This document shows, piece after piece, positions 1-12,050 of a stretch of DNA of 64,000 bases (its first letter is position 1; each line of letters starts with the position of its first letter). The DNA comes from Isurus oxyrinchus (Eukaryota): positions 3,596,001 through 3,660,000 of the forward strand of contig JANJGN010000036.1 of assembly GCA_026770705.1 (NCBI GenBank), given 5' to 3'. The position numbers and the translations under genes are program-made. The notes beneath the pieces were generated by a model. That model did not search any database. It was not told the DNA's origin and saw nothing but the letters and a program-made list of their open reading frames with translations.

Positions 1-770
1 AATGGGAATTCAGCCCCTATTGACAGAGGTACAAAGACTACTTCATGCTGTGATTGGTAATGACCTGGAACTCACATTCCAAGGATGGTGGCAGCGGAGA
101 GAATGAATTATTACAAAAAGACATTCACTGAGGCAAATAATCTGACAGGCAAACACCGGAGTCAGGGTTTTACATGCGTTACTCTAATATAACGGGTATG
201 CTCTCCATGGTCGAATGACCTTCTTCCGTGTTTTAATAATTCTATGGGTCTATGACTCTGGGAGACACCTGGACCTGTGTCAGATACGCATATAATAAAA
301 TAAGATTTCATCCGGGGTATAAACCCTAAACACACTGAATACCCCATTAAACTGAATACCATGATTTGGGAGAGATTCCTGATCTCGGCTTCGTAACACT
401 GAGACCGTGTGATTTTCAATTAACTATCGCTGGAAGCATATTTGTGAAGAAATTTTTCAGAACTGCTGCGTTGCTCAATATGAAACCGCATTAGCCCCTG
501 ATAATTGTCAGATAATTGTTCCTCTGCCAGGATTTTGTTCCCAGTGCATTTAATATCGAGGCTAATCCAGTTGCATCATCAGAGTTGGAAATACACAGAT
601 AATTTCAAATCTTATGGGGAGATTAAAAGAGCGAAGAAGAGCGTTAATTCCTTTCATCTTGCACCAACTGAACAGAGCAAAGAGCTGAGAGGGGAAAAAT
701 GAGGCGACAGAAATATTGCCACTTGCATCAGCACAATTATACATCATTAACAGATGAAATAAAAACTCAC

Positions 771-840
771 CAGGAACTCCAACTGCTGCGAGACAAGGAT
801 AGTAAATGTGCTCTATCGGAAGAATGGATGCATATCCTAT
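771..840 (-). pseudogene. Exon 1 of a GPR139/GPR142-like class A GPCR, start codon apparently mutated ATG>ATA
   Basis: Minus strand reads (I)GYASILPIEHIYYPCLAAVGVP-G then GTGAGT donor. IYYPxLAAVGVP resembles the N-terminus/TM1 of the GPR139/142-like receptors I recall as expanded in chondrichthyans. The context accATAG looks like a mutated Kozak accATGG. Exon 2 was not found in the window. Confidence 0.55.
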
Positions 841-1479
841 GGTTGAGAAACACTGAAGCCGGTTGTGCTGAATCCACAGCTCCAATGGGCGCGCCGAGAT
901 TCAGCATTTGAAGAAGCCTTGATTTAAAGACATCTTAAACCTGCTCTGGTCCGGCTAATCCCCAGATCATTGCTATTAGATACACTCACATAAACAAACA
1001 ATTTGCATCAGAAGCTTTGATTGCAATGCGAATAACAATGTCGTGCAAAACACAAACATCTCCAGCTGCAGGTTGTTATTTTTAGAAACCATTTAGTTGG
1101 AATCGCGCTAAAAAACTAAGCCTGCAGAGTCGATCCAACAATAATTAACCAATCGCATTGGGCTTTCATTCTGTGAAGCCCCTTCTCTCCTGCGGGCACA
1201 TTGTTAAATGTTAATGATCACTTCGCAAATTGTACATTGTGCCCAGGGATCTGTTCCACTGCTTCCACGTCAAGATGCAACGTCTCAGATCCTGACCCGA
1301 GGTCCATTGAAGGCCTGGTCCATGAGCGTAGCCTAGAAATTACTGCGATTGATGCCAGGAGGAGAACAATGAACACATTCTGTTGACATTCCTCTCTCCG
1401 TCACATCCCTGCTGCTTCCACATTAGCTCAAATTTCCGGGACGATTGGGACTGTGATACCACATGACTGCATTCCTCGG

Positions 1480-2330
1480 GTTCAATCATTGTCGAACGCT
1501 TTTCACCCTTCCTCCTGCTCTCTTTGTGGCATCAGCAAATTTACCAACCATACCTTCAGCCCCTCCATTAAAGTCATTTATATAAACTGGAAAATGTTGA
1601 GTCCCGGGTACTGATCGCTGTAGCAAACAGCTCGCTAGAACCTTCCAACCAGCAAATAAATACCCATTTATGGTTACCCTCTGTTTCCGGTTAGCCTGAT
1701 AATCCGCTAGCCATGTCCATATGTCACATCCTCCGCCATGAGCTTTTAACTATCGCAATAACCTGTGATGTGGCAGCTTATCAAATGCCTTCTGCCAATC
1801 CTAGTTCAGTATATTTACCAGTTCCCTTTGATCCACAGCACATGCAACTCCTTCAAAGAACTCCATTAAATTGGTTAGACATCATTTCCCTCTCACAAAC
1901 CCATGTTGACTGTGTGGAATTGCAATGAAGTTTCCTCAGCGTCCTGCCATCACATATTCAATAATATATACCCACATTTTCCCACTGACAAATGTTAAGC
2001 TATGTGGCCTGTAGTTTACTACTTTCTGTCTCCTTCCCTTTTTGAATAAATTCCTTGCATTTGCTGTTTTCCAATCTCATGACACCTTCCCTGATTCCAG
2101 GGAATTTTGACAAATTAAAACCAAAGCAACAACTATCCCGCTAGCCACTTCTTTAAAGACCCGAGTTTGAAGTCCATCAGGACCCGGGGATTTGTCAGGT
2201 CACAGGGCCAACAATTTGATTACTAACACTTCGCTAGTGATTGCTATATACTTGAGTTCATCTCTCCCTCCCAAATCCTGATTTACAGTTATTTCTGGGA
2301 TTTACTTATCGGGAGAAGTGATGCAAAATG
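1480..2330 (-). mobile_element. Degenerate CR1-type LINE ORF2 (RT) fragment
   Basis: Resembles the CR1 RT antisense pattern (gcagcttatcaaatgccttctg, agtccatcaggacccggggatttgtc); no open ORF; boundaries approximate. Confidence 0.6.
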
Positions 2331-2334
2331 TGGA

Positions 2335-2920
2335 CATGGACTCCTTCAGTGTTTGCGGAGTTGCGAATGGTGCTGAACATTTTGTAATCACCGGTGAACA
2401 TCCCCACTTTTGATCTTAGGCTGGACGCAGGGTCACCAAAGAAGCAGCTGAAGATGTTTTGGCCTAGGAGATTACCCTGAGTAACTCTTAAAATTATGTC
2501 TTCAAATTGAGATGATTAAACTACAACAACCACAAGCATCTTCCTTTATTTTAAACATGACTCCACACAGCGGAGAGTTTTCCGCCTGATTCCCATTAAT
2601 TCCAGTTTTGCCGGGGCTCATTAATGCCACAGAACATCAAATGCTACTTTAATTTCAAAAGCAGTCGCTCTCACCTCACCACTAGAGTTCATTTCTTCTG
2701 CCAATGTTTGAACCTAGGCTGTAGTAAGGTCCAAAGTTGAGTGACCATGGCGGAACACAAATTGAAAGTCAGTGAGCAGGGTATTGATAAGCAGTGCCGC
2801 TTCATAGCACTGCTGATGACCCCATTGCATCGCTTTAACGATGATGGAGAGTACAAAGATAGGGCAGTAAATGGCCGGTTGCATTTGAACTGTTATTTCG
2901 TATACATGACGTACATGAGC
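2335..2920 (-). mobile_element. Degenerate non-LTR retrotransposon (CR1/L2-like) RT fragment
   Basis: Resembles a common shark LINE segment (gcgaatggtgctgaacatt...ccccacttttgatctta...gaagcagctgaagatg); boundaries approximate. Confidence 0.45.
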
Positions 2921-3725
2921 AATGTTCCACATTGGCAGAGAATGATACAGCCCAAAATGAGGCCATTCAGCCCATTGTGTCTGTGCTGCCTCTTTGGAAA
3001 AGTGCCACTGTCACGCGACTCTGAGAATGGAAAACCCTCCTCACTCTCCTCTGAAATGAGACACCTCTCATTATGAAGCTGTGCTGGCAAACTCTAGATT
3101 GGCCCCACAACGAGCAGATCTGCTCGATCCCTCTCAGAATGCTACATGCTTCCATAAGATCTGGTCGATCCCTCTCAAAACGCCAAATGCTTCAATAAGA
3201 TCACCTCTCATTCTTCTGAATCCGATATTTGTGGCTCCATCCGGCTCAACGTGTTCTGCAAAACACGCCTTCATCTCACTGAGCCTTCACAGAACTGACT
3301 CCCATGTGAGTCGTACACATGTACATATAAACATACACATACACACACACTCACATACTGAGTAGTACGCACACAGATAAATACAAATACATCAAAAAGG
3401 ACAAAGACAGCATGGGAACACCACCACCTGCACTTCCCCTCCAAGTCACACATCGTCCTGAGCTGCAATGAGATCGCCGTTACTTCCCGGTCGTTGGATC
3501 AAAATCCTGAAACTCTCTTCCAAACAGCACTGTGGGCGCACCTACATTACATGGACTGCAGTGGGTCAAGGAGATGGCACATCACCAGCTTCCCAAGAGG
3601 AATTAAGGATAAGCAACAAACAGTGGCCTGGCAAGGAACGTTCACACGTCATCAATAAATAAAACATGCATATACACACAGATACACTCTCACTTATGTA
3701 CAAACAAGGGCAACAAGGCACACAG

Positions 3726-4308
3726 ATGAACACGGACATATACAGAGATATAACTGCATACTGAAATCTTGTATAACACTGCAAAATGTGCCTTCCTCTA
3801 ACAAACAGAACCGGGAGAGATAACACTCTAGATCAGTGTCTGTTGAAGGAATTACTCCCTGATACTTACCTGACCCTTCTATTATTAGATGTCAATGCGG
3901 TTCCCAGTTAGAACGATAATGGGGACCGGATGCAAATAAAGGTGATGATTACAGACTAATGTCCTCTGTTAACAGGGAGACATATCCCTTGCAATCTGGA
4001 GCTAAATACAGAGAAAAGTGTCGAACAAACATTGCTGGTTATAAATCTAACAATGAGAGATAATTTCAATGAATCATATAAGATTCTGAGGGAACTTTGA
4101 TAGGGTACATGTTGAGAGACTGTTTGCCCTCGTGGGGAATCTGGAACTAGTGTCTACAGCTTCAGAAATTGCGTTTTCTCAATTCCGAATGAGATGAGAT
4201 GATTCTTCTCTCCGATTGATTTTTGAATTGTCCTGCCCAGAGAACAGTTGAAGCTGGGTCAGTGAACCAACTGAAATCTGAGTCAGACAGGGTTTTCATT
4301 GACAAGGT
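3726..4308 (+). repeat. Direct repeat copy 1 (about 580 bp) upstream of gene A1
   Basis: Aligns co-linearly with 10371-10960, starting atgaacacggacatatacagagatataactgcata. Confidence 0.9.
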
Positions 4309-4611
4309 CGTCCTGAAATAAGAATTCGTGACTCGACAAACCTGGCGCCCGGCATCAAGTCAATGTGGGTAAATGGCTGGATTTCTGGGTTAAAGCGACA
4401 CTGGGAATCGGATCCCTTCCTCCACCCGCACCACAACCCCTCCCCCCAACACCACACGCCGCCCCCTCCCCCTCCCCAATCCCGCACACCCCTCCCCACC
4501 TCCATCCGAGCGGCGGAAATGATAAATCGACGAGCGTTGTGCAAATTCGTCGTTTAATTTTGGACTCCAAACCCCGCCTCCCACACATGTTAAAATGCGA
4601 ATTGTGTCCTA

Positions 4612-4670
4612 TTGCTCTTTGCAGGCAGGACCTGTGTGTGGGAGCTGAGCGACTAAAGAGGAAGCTCAGA
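4612..4670 (+). promoter_or_regulatory. Conserved type-A promoter block with ETS/PU.1-like AAAGAGGAAG
   Basis: ttgctctttgcaggcagg...aaagaggaag is homologous to blocks upstream of the other type-A leaders (near 21573, 48301, 57024). Confidence 0.45.
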
Positions 4671-4847
4671 GTCACCGTTTACCTCCTGCTGCATTTTCCA
4701 TCCGCCTGTGTTTAAAAGGCAGCGCCTAATTTCCGCGGCTCCGCATTTCACTATTTCACCCGGTTCCCCGTCTGGATTGAGGTTCCCGACCCCCCAGAGG
4801 AATAAGGGACGAACTCACAACTTCAGCCACAGCCTCGGCCGCCGACA

Positions 4848-7800
4848 ATGAGCGTCATCACTCTCTGCGCCCTGCTCCACCTCTTCCCAGGTTAGATTTC
4901 CTTACTCCTGATGAGCGGGGGGACCCCAGGGGTAGCTCGCTGAGGAATGTCAGGAGGGTGAGGAGGCGACGCCGCCGCTTTCTGGAATATTCCTCCTCTG
5001 CCGAGGTAATGAATGGTCTAAAGGTCAGAACTCCAGGTAAATCGAAATGTCCCACATCTCATGGCTGCAATTGTGAAGAGGACAGGACAGCCCTGACTGC
5101 GCCCCCGACCGAGACTTATCCCTTCACCCAGCAGTCTGTCTGATTATTACCACTGTGCTATTTGTGGGATCTTGCTGTGCGCTAACTTTTCGCCGCATTT
5201 CCGAGAATGCAAGAGTGACCGCCCTTGAAAAAGTAATTCATGTGAAGCGCCTTTATCTCCTTCCTATACCTTTCTTTTTCTCTCTCTCTCTTTCTCTCTT
5301 TCTTTCTTTGTTTCTTTGTTCCTTCCTCTCTTCCTCCAGGTCTGATCTCAAATTTAACCCTCAGCGCTCTATCCCGGCTACAGGTCAGGAACTGGCGATC
5401 CTTCCTGACAGAATGTCCCTGTCACCAGGTGACAGGCGGAATGTCTCATTGGTATAAAACAGGTTTTATGTTTCCCTGACATAACAGGATGTCTTGTGCT
5501 GTGTTCTGTTCCCTCAGTGACCGTCTCTCAGTCCGCGTTCCCGCAAACTCCGGCAACTCAGACCGTCTCGGTGGGCAGTAGCTTCAAGGTGCATTGCCAC
5601 ACAGGCTGGTTATCAAGTGGAGCTGTTTACTGGTATAAACAGCGGCACCGAGAACACCTGCAGTTCGTTCACAAGGTGAGAAAGCACATTCCTGCAGAGG
5701 GAAGGTTTTCAGGAGAAATCAACGACAAATCGACAATTTACACCCTAGTGATCGAGGAGGTCCAGAGAAATGACTCGGGTGTTTATTACTGCGCAGCCCG
5801 GAAACCGCCTAGAATGTCCCTGGTCTTCGGGACCGGCTCCAAATTGTTCACCACAGGTAAAAACAAAAAGAGAAATGAGATTGTTTACTCGCTTTATCAC
5901 TGTTTTTTCCTTCGATCAAGGGAGGTGGTTTTCTCTGTCTCGGCAAAGCATTTATTACCCATCCCTAATTACACTTGTTCAGGAGGCGTTTAAGAGAAAG
6001 TGTGGATCTTGAGTCAGATGGAGGGTCAGACAGGGTAAGGGCGGCCGATTTCCTTCCCTAAAGGGCATTAGTGAACCAGATAGGGGTTATTTTCTTAATG
6101 ATGACAATCGATTCCTTGTCATCATTAGACTTTTAATTCCCGATTCTTATTCCGTTCCAATTCCTCCCTCTGCCGGAGGTGCGATTCGTAGCCGTGTCCC
6201 CAGAGCATTACTCACTCTCTTGATTACCCCAGCCCAGTGACAATACCACTCTACACCGTGTCCCCCAAACTACCAATAACCAGGAATTCACGGTGAATAA
6301 TAATTACATCTTACCTCCCAAACTCGCTAGGTACGTCGACAATATTCCTCTTAACTCCGCCGGTGGATGAAGCTGTTGAGATGGAGACTGTCCCATTGAT
6401 GTGTTTGGTGACCAACGCGGCCTCTGTTACCTTTCCGGTCCGCTGGAATTTTTCCACGTGGGAGACAGAGGGATGGACGGATTCTGGAACAATCGACTCC
6501 GAAGGGGCGTACAATATAAGAAGCCTCATCAGGGTCCCGCCAGGAACGTGCAGCGGGGGCGGGTTCTGCACTTGCTCTGTTCAAATCTCCTCCACTCAAA
6601 GCCTCATCAGTGAAAGGTTCTCATATCAGAGAGGTAACTATTGACATTGTCCCTTTACTGGTATATTTAATTACTGATGTGAGACTGAATTCTTTGCAAT
6701 ACCTCAAGTGTTATCTTAATAGTCGTTCCCTTTCCTTGTATATGGACACAGGCACAGATTCGTAGAAAGTCTACGGCACAGGAAGAGGCCATGGTGCCTG
6801 CCTCGTACAAAAACGAGCTACCCAGCCGAATCCTACTTTCCAACATTTGGTCCGTATTCCTGCATCTTACAGCGCTACAGAAACACATCCAATTGCCTTT
6901 TAAATAAATTGAGGGTTTCTGCTTCTCCTGCCCTTTCAGGCGCTGGGTCTCAGACCCCTACAACACGCTGGGTGAGAAAAATCCTCCCTCGTCTCCCCTC
7001 TAATCTTTCTACAAATCACTATAAACCTGGACACTGACGTCTCTGCTAAAGTTAAAAAGCCATTCACATCCCCTCTATCCAGACTCCACACAATTTTCTA
7101 TACATCAACCCCATCTCCCATCAGCCTCCTCTGCTACAGGAAGAATAGTCCCAGCCTATCCATTGTTTCCTCATAGCTGAAATTATCCAGTCGTTGTTAC
7201 ATCCTTGTGAATTTGTTCTGTTCTCTCTCTAAAGCAATCACGCCCTTTCTGTAATGAGATGACCAGAACTGCATACACCACTCACGCTGCAGCCTAACTC
7301 ATGTTTAATACAGTTCCAGCATAGCCTCACCGCTCTTGCATCCTAAACCTCGTCTAAAAAATGAAAGGACCAGGGGCTAATTACCCGGTCAATTACCTCT
7401 TCCGTATCTCCCTCAATGTTTCAGTGTTTAGCTCCCTAAAACTTGAAGCCCATCTGTTTAACTATGCCAGAGATACATGGTGGGAGATAAGGAATCAGGC
7501 TGAAATTTTGCAGTTTAAAATAGGGAAATTGAAATTCAATTTCCAGTTTGAAACTTGAGCAGTATTTTGCTTCTATCCTCCCAAACGCATCCACTACAAT
7601 ACCATCAACATGTGCTCTTACTCTCATATACCTTTTTCCGCCATATGTTTAGGAGTTTCTCTGCAACGAGACTTTCCCTTGTAGACATTTCCACATTCTA
7701 ACGATAAAAGAAGCAAAATACGGCGGATGCAGGAAATCTGAAGCAAAAACAGGAAAAAAAGGCCTGGAGAAGGGTCACGCAGACTGGAAACGTTAACTCC

Positions 7801-9986
7801 GTTTCTCTCTCCACAGATGCTGTCAGGCCCGCTGAGTTTTCCCAGTATTTTCTATTTTTGTTCCAAATTCTAACCACCCTGAACAAAAGATAAAAAACAC
7901 GGTTTCGCCTGAAACGCCAATTGGGGTTCATAATTGGCAGAAGAGCTGAAAGCTCGACATTCCAGGAGACAAAGCGGACTTTGCATTAAATTCAGATTGA
8001 TACAAGAGTATGGGGAGTAGGTACAAGTAGTGGATCCGAATTTTGATTCCTTTGGCGAAGAACAATGCTCTACAATGGACACTAAACCACAAGACAACAA
8101 CAACGCTATCAGAGACATAGTAAGCCACTTGAGTGGCACCTTATAAATGCTCACCCTCCGCATGGGCCCAGTGGCAGTAAGATCTACCATCTACCAGATG
8201 TCCTGCATAATCTCGCCATGGTCACGTTGTTCTCTAATCTTATTGTGTTTTCTTGAATGTACCTCTTAGTCCTTGTCTCTTCCAGTCTCGCTCTCTCTCG
8301 CCACCAATCTGTCTATCCCTTTTTATTTTCATATTTTTATTTCACTCGGGTTGTTGATTATACTGGTAAAACTAATTTTGAGTCCCCATCCCTATTTTGA
8401 GTGGGCGTTGGTGTGTATCCTTGAAATTTTGGCAAGTGACAGGTGGCACGTGAAAGGGATTTTTCAATATTGTTTCTCCCTCCACCCCACCCCCTCACCG
8501 CCTCTACCCCTACCCCGCCCCCTTGCTCAGAGCCGCGAATATCTACTTGTCTCCTGTTGTTTTACGGAAGTTGGTTGGTGATCTTTCTCCTTCTATTGAT
8601 CTTGACTGTCGTCGCCGGATGGAGCTACATAAAGCGACATTCAGGTAGGAAGGGCTGTACATTTTGGGGGCTCTACACACATGAATGTGAGTCGATGCAA
8701 CCTTTGTCTCTTTTTGAAACGTTAATTAACCCTATCAGGGTAAAAGTTGCAGACATTTATGCCCTTTTTTATATATCAGGCAACGGGAACTCGGATAAGA
8801 CATTCACGGATTCTGGGTCACGTGAACAGAACCAAGAGGTAAATACATGGAGACTTTTTTTTGCAGTTTCCTGTCGCTGATTTTATACAACAACCTTTAT
8901 GCAGGATAGTTATGGTCCCGAAAGTCCACTAAGCTTCTCATAGTCAAAATGGCACCATTTACCATTTTGCTAGAACTGGAAACAGCTGGAAATATATACC
9001 TGGAGATTTAATATCAGTAATGATACTTAATGATTTTTCAATCGAACGATAACAGGGTTAAAATGGTTGCAATATGAGAACAGGTAGCACATATTTGTTG
9101 TTTATACTGAAGAACAAATCATGTTCCAATTGTAATGATTAAGCTACTTAAATTATCTATGGGTGATGTGGTGGCAGAGTACTATTGTCACTGGGCTACA
9201 ATTCCAGTGTAATTACCTGGGTACCCGGGTTCCAATTCCAGCGCAGCAGATGCTTCAATTTAAATTCAATCTTAATTTGGAATTCAAAAATCTCGAAACC
9301 ATGGCTGATTGTTATAAAACCCTCTAAAGGAGGTCCATATCGACTCTAAATGTTAATTCCGTTTTTTTCTCTCCACAGATGCTTCTGCACCTGTTGAGTT
9401 TTTCAAGCATTTTCTGTTTTTGTTTCAGATTTCCAGCATCCGCAGTATGTTGCTTTTATTATATTGTCGTAAAAATCCATATGGTTCACTAATGCCCCAA
9501 AGGGGAGGAAATCTGCCGCCCTCACCTGGTCTGGCTGACACGTGACTCAAGACCCACAGCAATGTGGTTGACCCTTAACTGCAATTAGGAATGGGCACTC
9601 AGTGCTCTCCTAGCCAGCGATGCCCACATCCCATGAACGAATAAATAAATGATTGGATAAGACGAGAGAATCTGTTGCAGGCGTGAATGCTAGTGAAAAA
9701 TTCCTTAGCATTTGGAGCAGCCGTTCAGAAGTGACCTCGGGGAGCACCAGAACACAAATAGGGGAGGTGGGGATACCAACTAGAATTTGATATTTACATT
9801 CAATCCTAAAGCATTGCGAAGTATTTGGAGAAAGAGACCAACCATGATGTAATTGAATGGGGTGTCAAAGTCCAGGGCCGAATGTCCTAACGCTGCTCCT
9901 GATGTTTATATGATGATAATAGTTTCTATTTTCCCCCATAGACTCTGTATGCTCGCCTGGCTTTTACTGCAGATCCGACGTCCTAA
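4848..9986 (+). CDS. Gene A1: non-rearranging VJ-C1-TM receptor with ITIM/ITSM-like tail (about 300 aa), apparently intact
   Basis: Exons 4848-4890 (leader MSVITLCALLHLFP), 5518-5856 (VJ), 6331-6633 (C1), 8531-8644 (TM), 8780-8838, 9942-9986 (TLYARLAFTADPTS*). All junctions GT-AG, phases 1-1-1-1-0, 903 nt open. Confidence 0.88.
5130..5255 (+). mobile_element. Deu-domain SINE (SacSINE1/AmnSINE-like) fragment in intron 1 of A1
   Basis: tttgtgggatcttgctgtgcgc...gaagcgccttt matches the SINE copies at 13380, 20700, 25300 and 57410. Confidence 0.55.
5518..5856 (+). CDS. A1 germline-joined V-J exon
   Basis: C(HT)...WYKQ...DSGVYYC AARKPPRMSLV FGTGSKLFTT; ag acceptor at 5516-5517, gt donor at 5857. 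Confidence 0.93.
5990..6265 (-). mobile_element. tRNA-derived SINE (family unassigned)
   Basis: Reverse complement of the element at 9160-9650, which has a tRNA-like head. Confidence 0.55.
6331..6633 (+). CDS. A1 C1-like Ig constant exon
   Basis: STIFLLTPP...VPLMCLVT...VRWN...EGAYNIRS...FCTCSV; phase 1/1 splice sites. Confidence 0.9.
6780..7360 (-). mobile_element. CR1 LINE 3' end fragment
   Basis: Antisense of the CR1 ORF2 C-terminus (ccagaactgcatacaccactc, a degenerate LEYCVQFWSP-type motif) plus 3' UTR. Confidence 0.65.
7708..7870. repeat. Short palindromic MITE-like repeat
   Basis: aagcaaaatacggcggatgcaggaaatctgaa...ttctctctccacagatgctg...ctgagt; related copies at about 9350-9460 and 29770-29965. 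Confidence 0.5.
8531..8644 (+). CDS. A1 transmembrane exon
   Basis: EPRISTCLLLFYGSWLVIFLLLLILTVVAGWSYIKRHS: membrane-proximal Cys, uncharged TM, basic stop-transfer. Confidence 0.85.
9160..9650 (+). mobile_element. tRNA-derived SINE with nested palindromic repeat
   Basis: A/B-box-like head (ggtggcagagt...ccgggttccaattcc), body homologous to 5990-6265, A-rich tail. Confidence 0.55.
9942..9986 (+). CDS. A1 terminal exon with TLYARL tyrosine motif
   Basis: ttcccccatag acceptor, phase 0; homologous 45-nt exons at 16581, 52922 and 61289, and a frameshifted one at 36979. Confidence 0.85.
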   Translation, partial: TLYARLAFTADPTS

Positions 9987-10370
9987 TGGTGAAGAACAGT
10001 CACTGGATGAAGCAGGAGATGACGCGTTAAAGAACATTTCCACCATAGAATTCAATAAGAAGCATTGTCCAGTGGTAATTCCAACATTTACCTCGATCTT
10101 GTGCCGTGCTCGTGAGTTTTGACCCTCAGTGTCATAGGTGTGGAAATGTAATCTAGAAGGTGTCAGCACTTCGCCTAGACGGTGTTTCACTCTTATGTTA
10201 ATGATGTAACATCCACCTGTCACCAACGAGTGACCCCTCAGATGTATTTCCCAATATAGAAACGATTTAGCACCTATTGTGGATTTGTCATTTTTATTGT
10301 TCTCATTATTTTTTTAATTAATATTATTATTATTATCCGTCACGTATATGGCCATCGATGTTATCTTAAC

Positions 10371-10960
10371 ATGAACACGGACATATACAGAGATATAACT
10401 GCATACCTAAACATTGTATAACACTGCAAAATGTGGTTTCCTCAAACAAAGAGAAACGGCAGAGATAACACTGTAGATCAGTGCCTGTCGAAGGAACTGC
10501 TCCTTAATACTTAACTGAGCCTTCTATTATTAGTTCTCAGTGCGGTTTCCAGTTAGATCGATAATGGGGACTGGATTCGACTTAAGGTGATGAATACAGA
10601 CTCCTGATGACCTCTGTTAGCAGAGAGACATATCCCTTCCAATCTGAAGCTAAATGCAGAGAAAAATATCAAACAAGAATTGCTGGTTTTAAATCTAAGA
10701 ATGAGACATAACCTTACTGAAACTTATAAGATTCTGAGGGAGCTTTGACAGGGTAGATGTTGAGAGTCTGTTTTCCGTCGTGGGGAATCTGGAACTAGTG
10801 TTCACAGCTTCAGAATGAGGGTTTCCCATTTACGACTGAGACGATGTGATGTTTCTTCTCTCAAATTGATATTTGAATTGTCCTGCCCAGAGAGCAGTTG
10901 ATGCTGGGTCAGGGAACATGCTGAAGTCTGAGGTAGAGAGATTTTTGATTAGTAAGGTAG
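10371..10960 (+). repeat. Direct repeat copy 2 downstream of gene A1 (runs into a CR1 3' end to about 11080)
   Basis: Paralog of 3726-4308. Confidence 0.9.
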
Positions 10961-11269
10961 CCAAAGATTATGGGAAGCAGATAGGAAAGTGAAGCAAAGG
11001 CCACAATCAGTTCAGCCAAGTTCTTATTGACTGATGGCACAGGCTCGGGGGCACAAATATTCTATTCCTGCTCCTATTTCTGAGGATAGTTTAATATTTG
11101 GACAATTGAAATAAATGTTCAGATGGGAATTGTTGACTGGTCTAACATCAATCTTAAAAGAAACAGGAAAATGTTTTAAAAATCTACACCAAACGACTGG
11201 GTGTTAGGTTGAACTGGTTTTGACACCGTGTTAAATACAGGGAGACTGTTAAGAAATTTACAAAATGGT

Positions 11270-12050
11270 TCCATTATGCCCTTGCTTCGTGGGAACATTT
11301 CACTCCGATTCCTGAAACAAGGAGCTCCACTGAGTTTTTAAAGTGATGCGCATTAAAGAAACGCTCATTATAATGGCCTTGTTAAATTTTAATATCCACC
11401 CCAGCAGCCGGATTAATGAACCCGTTTCCCAATTAAGATGAAGATGAGAACCCAGATTATCGCGATGCTCATCGCAAAGGGTCAAATTGCTGCATCAAAA
11501 TCGAGACAAAACATTTAGAAACTTCTGCTGGCTGAAATCATTCTTTTATGGGACTCCCTCATGGGAAACTTGAGCCAATTGTTAAGTTAAAGCAGCAAAT
11601 CCGTGCTGCGAGTTCTCCGCAAGGCTCCACAGGATCCCAAGTCAAGGAATCTTCAGGAGAATTCTGAGCGACGGAAGCTGGGTGAGAAGAGAGAGGTACA
11701 TTCATCTTAATGTGACTAACGTGATAGAATGAAATACTTTCAGAATGGGTTCTGAAATGAGCAGACAGTGCTGTTCCTGAGTGCACTGAGTGCCTGAATT
11801 GTTTTGCAGAAATGCTTGACCTTGAAAAACAAAGAAGTGAGTCAGTGACCCTTGCAGCAGAGAGCGGGGCTGGGCAGCAAAGAGGCTGTGACAGCGAGCT
11901 TCAGAAAGACGCCTCGATCGCAGCCCATTCCGAGAGTGTGAAAAGCACATCGAGGGCGGAAATCGTTGACCCAGATTCTGACCACTTTACACTAGAGATG
12001 GAAAGTTTCCGAGCCAGAAGCTCTTAGTGGGTTTCCTGTTATTTTACCTT
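11270..12050 (-). pseudogene. Remnant: type-A-like promoter joined to degenerate type-B TM and first cytoplasmic exons (no V or C)
   Basis: About 11400-11500 is homologous to the B TM exons (29344, 43131) but has stops. aacaggaaaccc promoter motif near 12030. The block is an inverted paralog of 34340-34870. Confidence 0.6.

Noticed and set aside
1210-1400. Hydrophobic minus-strand peptide (VFIVLLLASIAVIS...)
   Set aside because: No convincing start, splice sites or homology to the cluster genes
5340-5451. Possible extra exon after the polypyrimidine tract in A1 intron 1
   Set aside because: The candidate donors I checked give phase 0 or 2, breaking the frame into V; not seen in paralogs
5518-5856. 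Rearranging TCR or Ig locus segments
   Set aside because: J motif is fused in the same exon, no CACAGTG/ACAAAAACC RSS seen, each V has its own C, TM and tyrosine tail, and the TM lacks the charged residues of TCR chains
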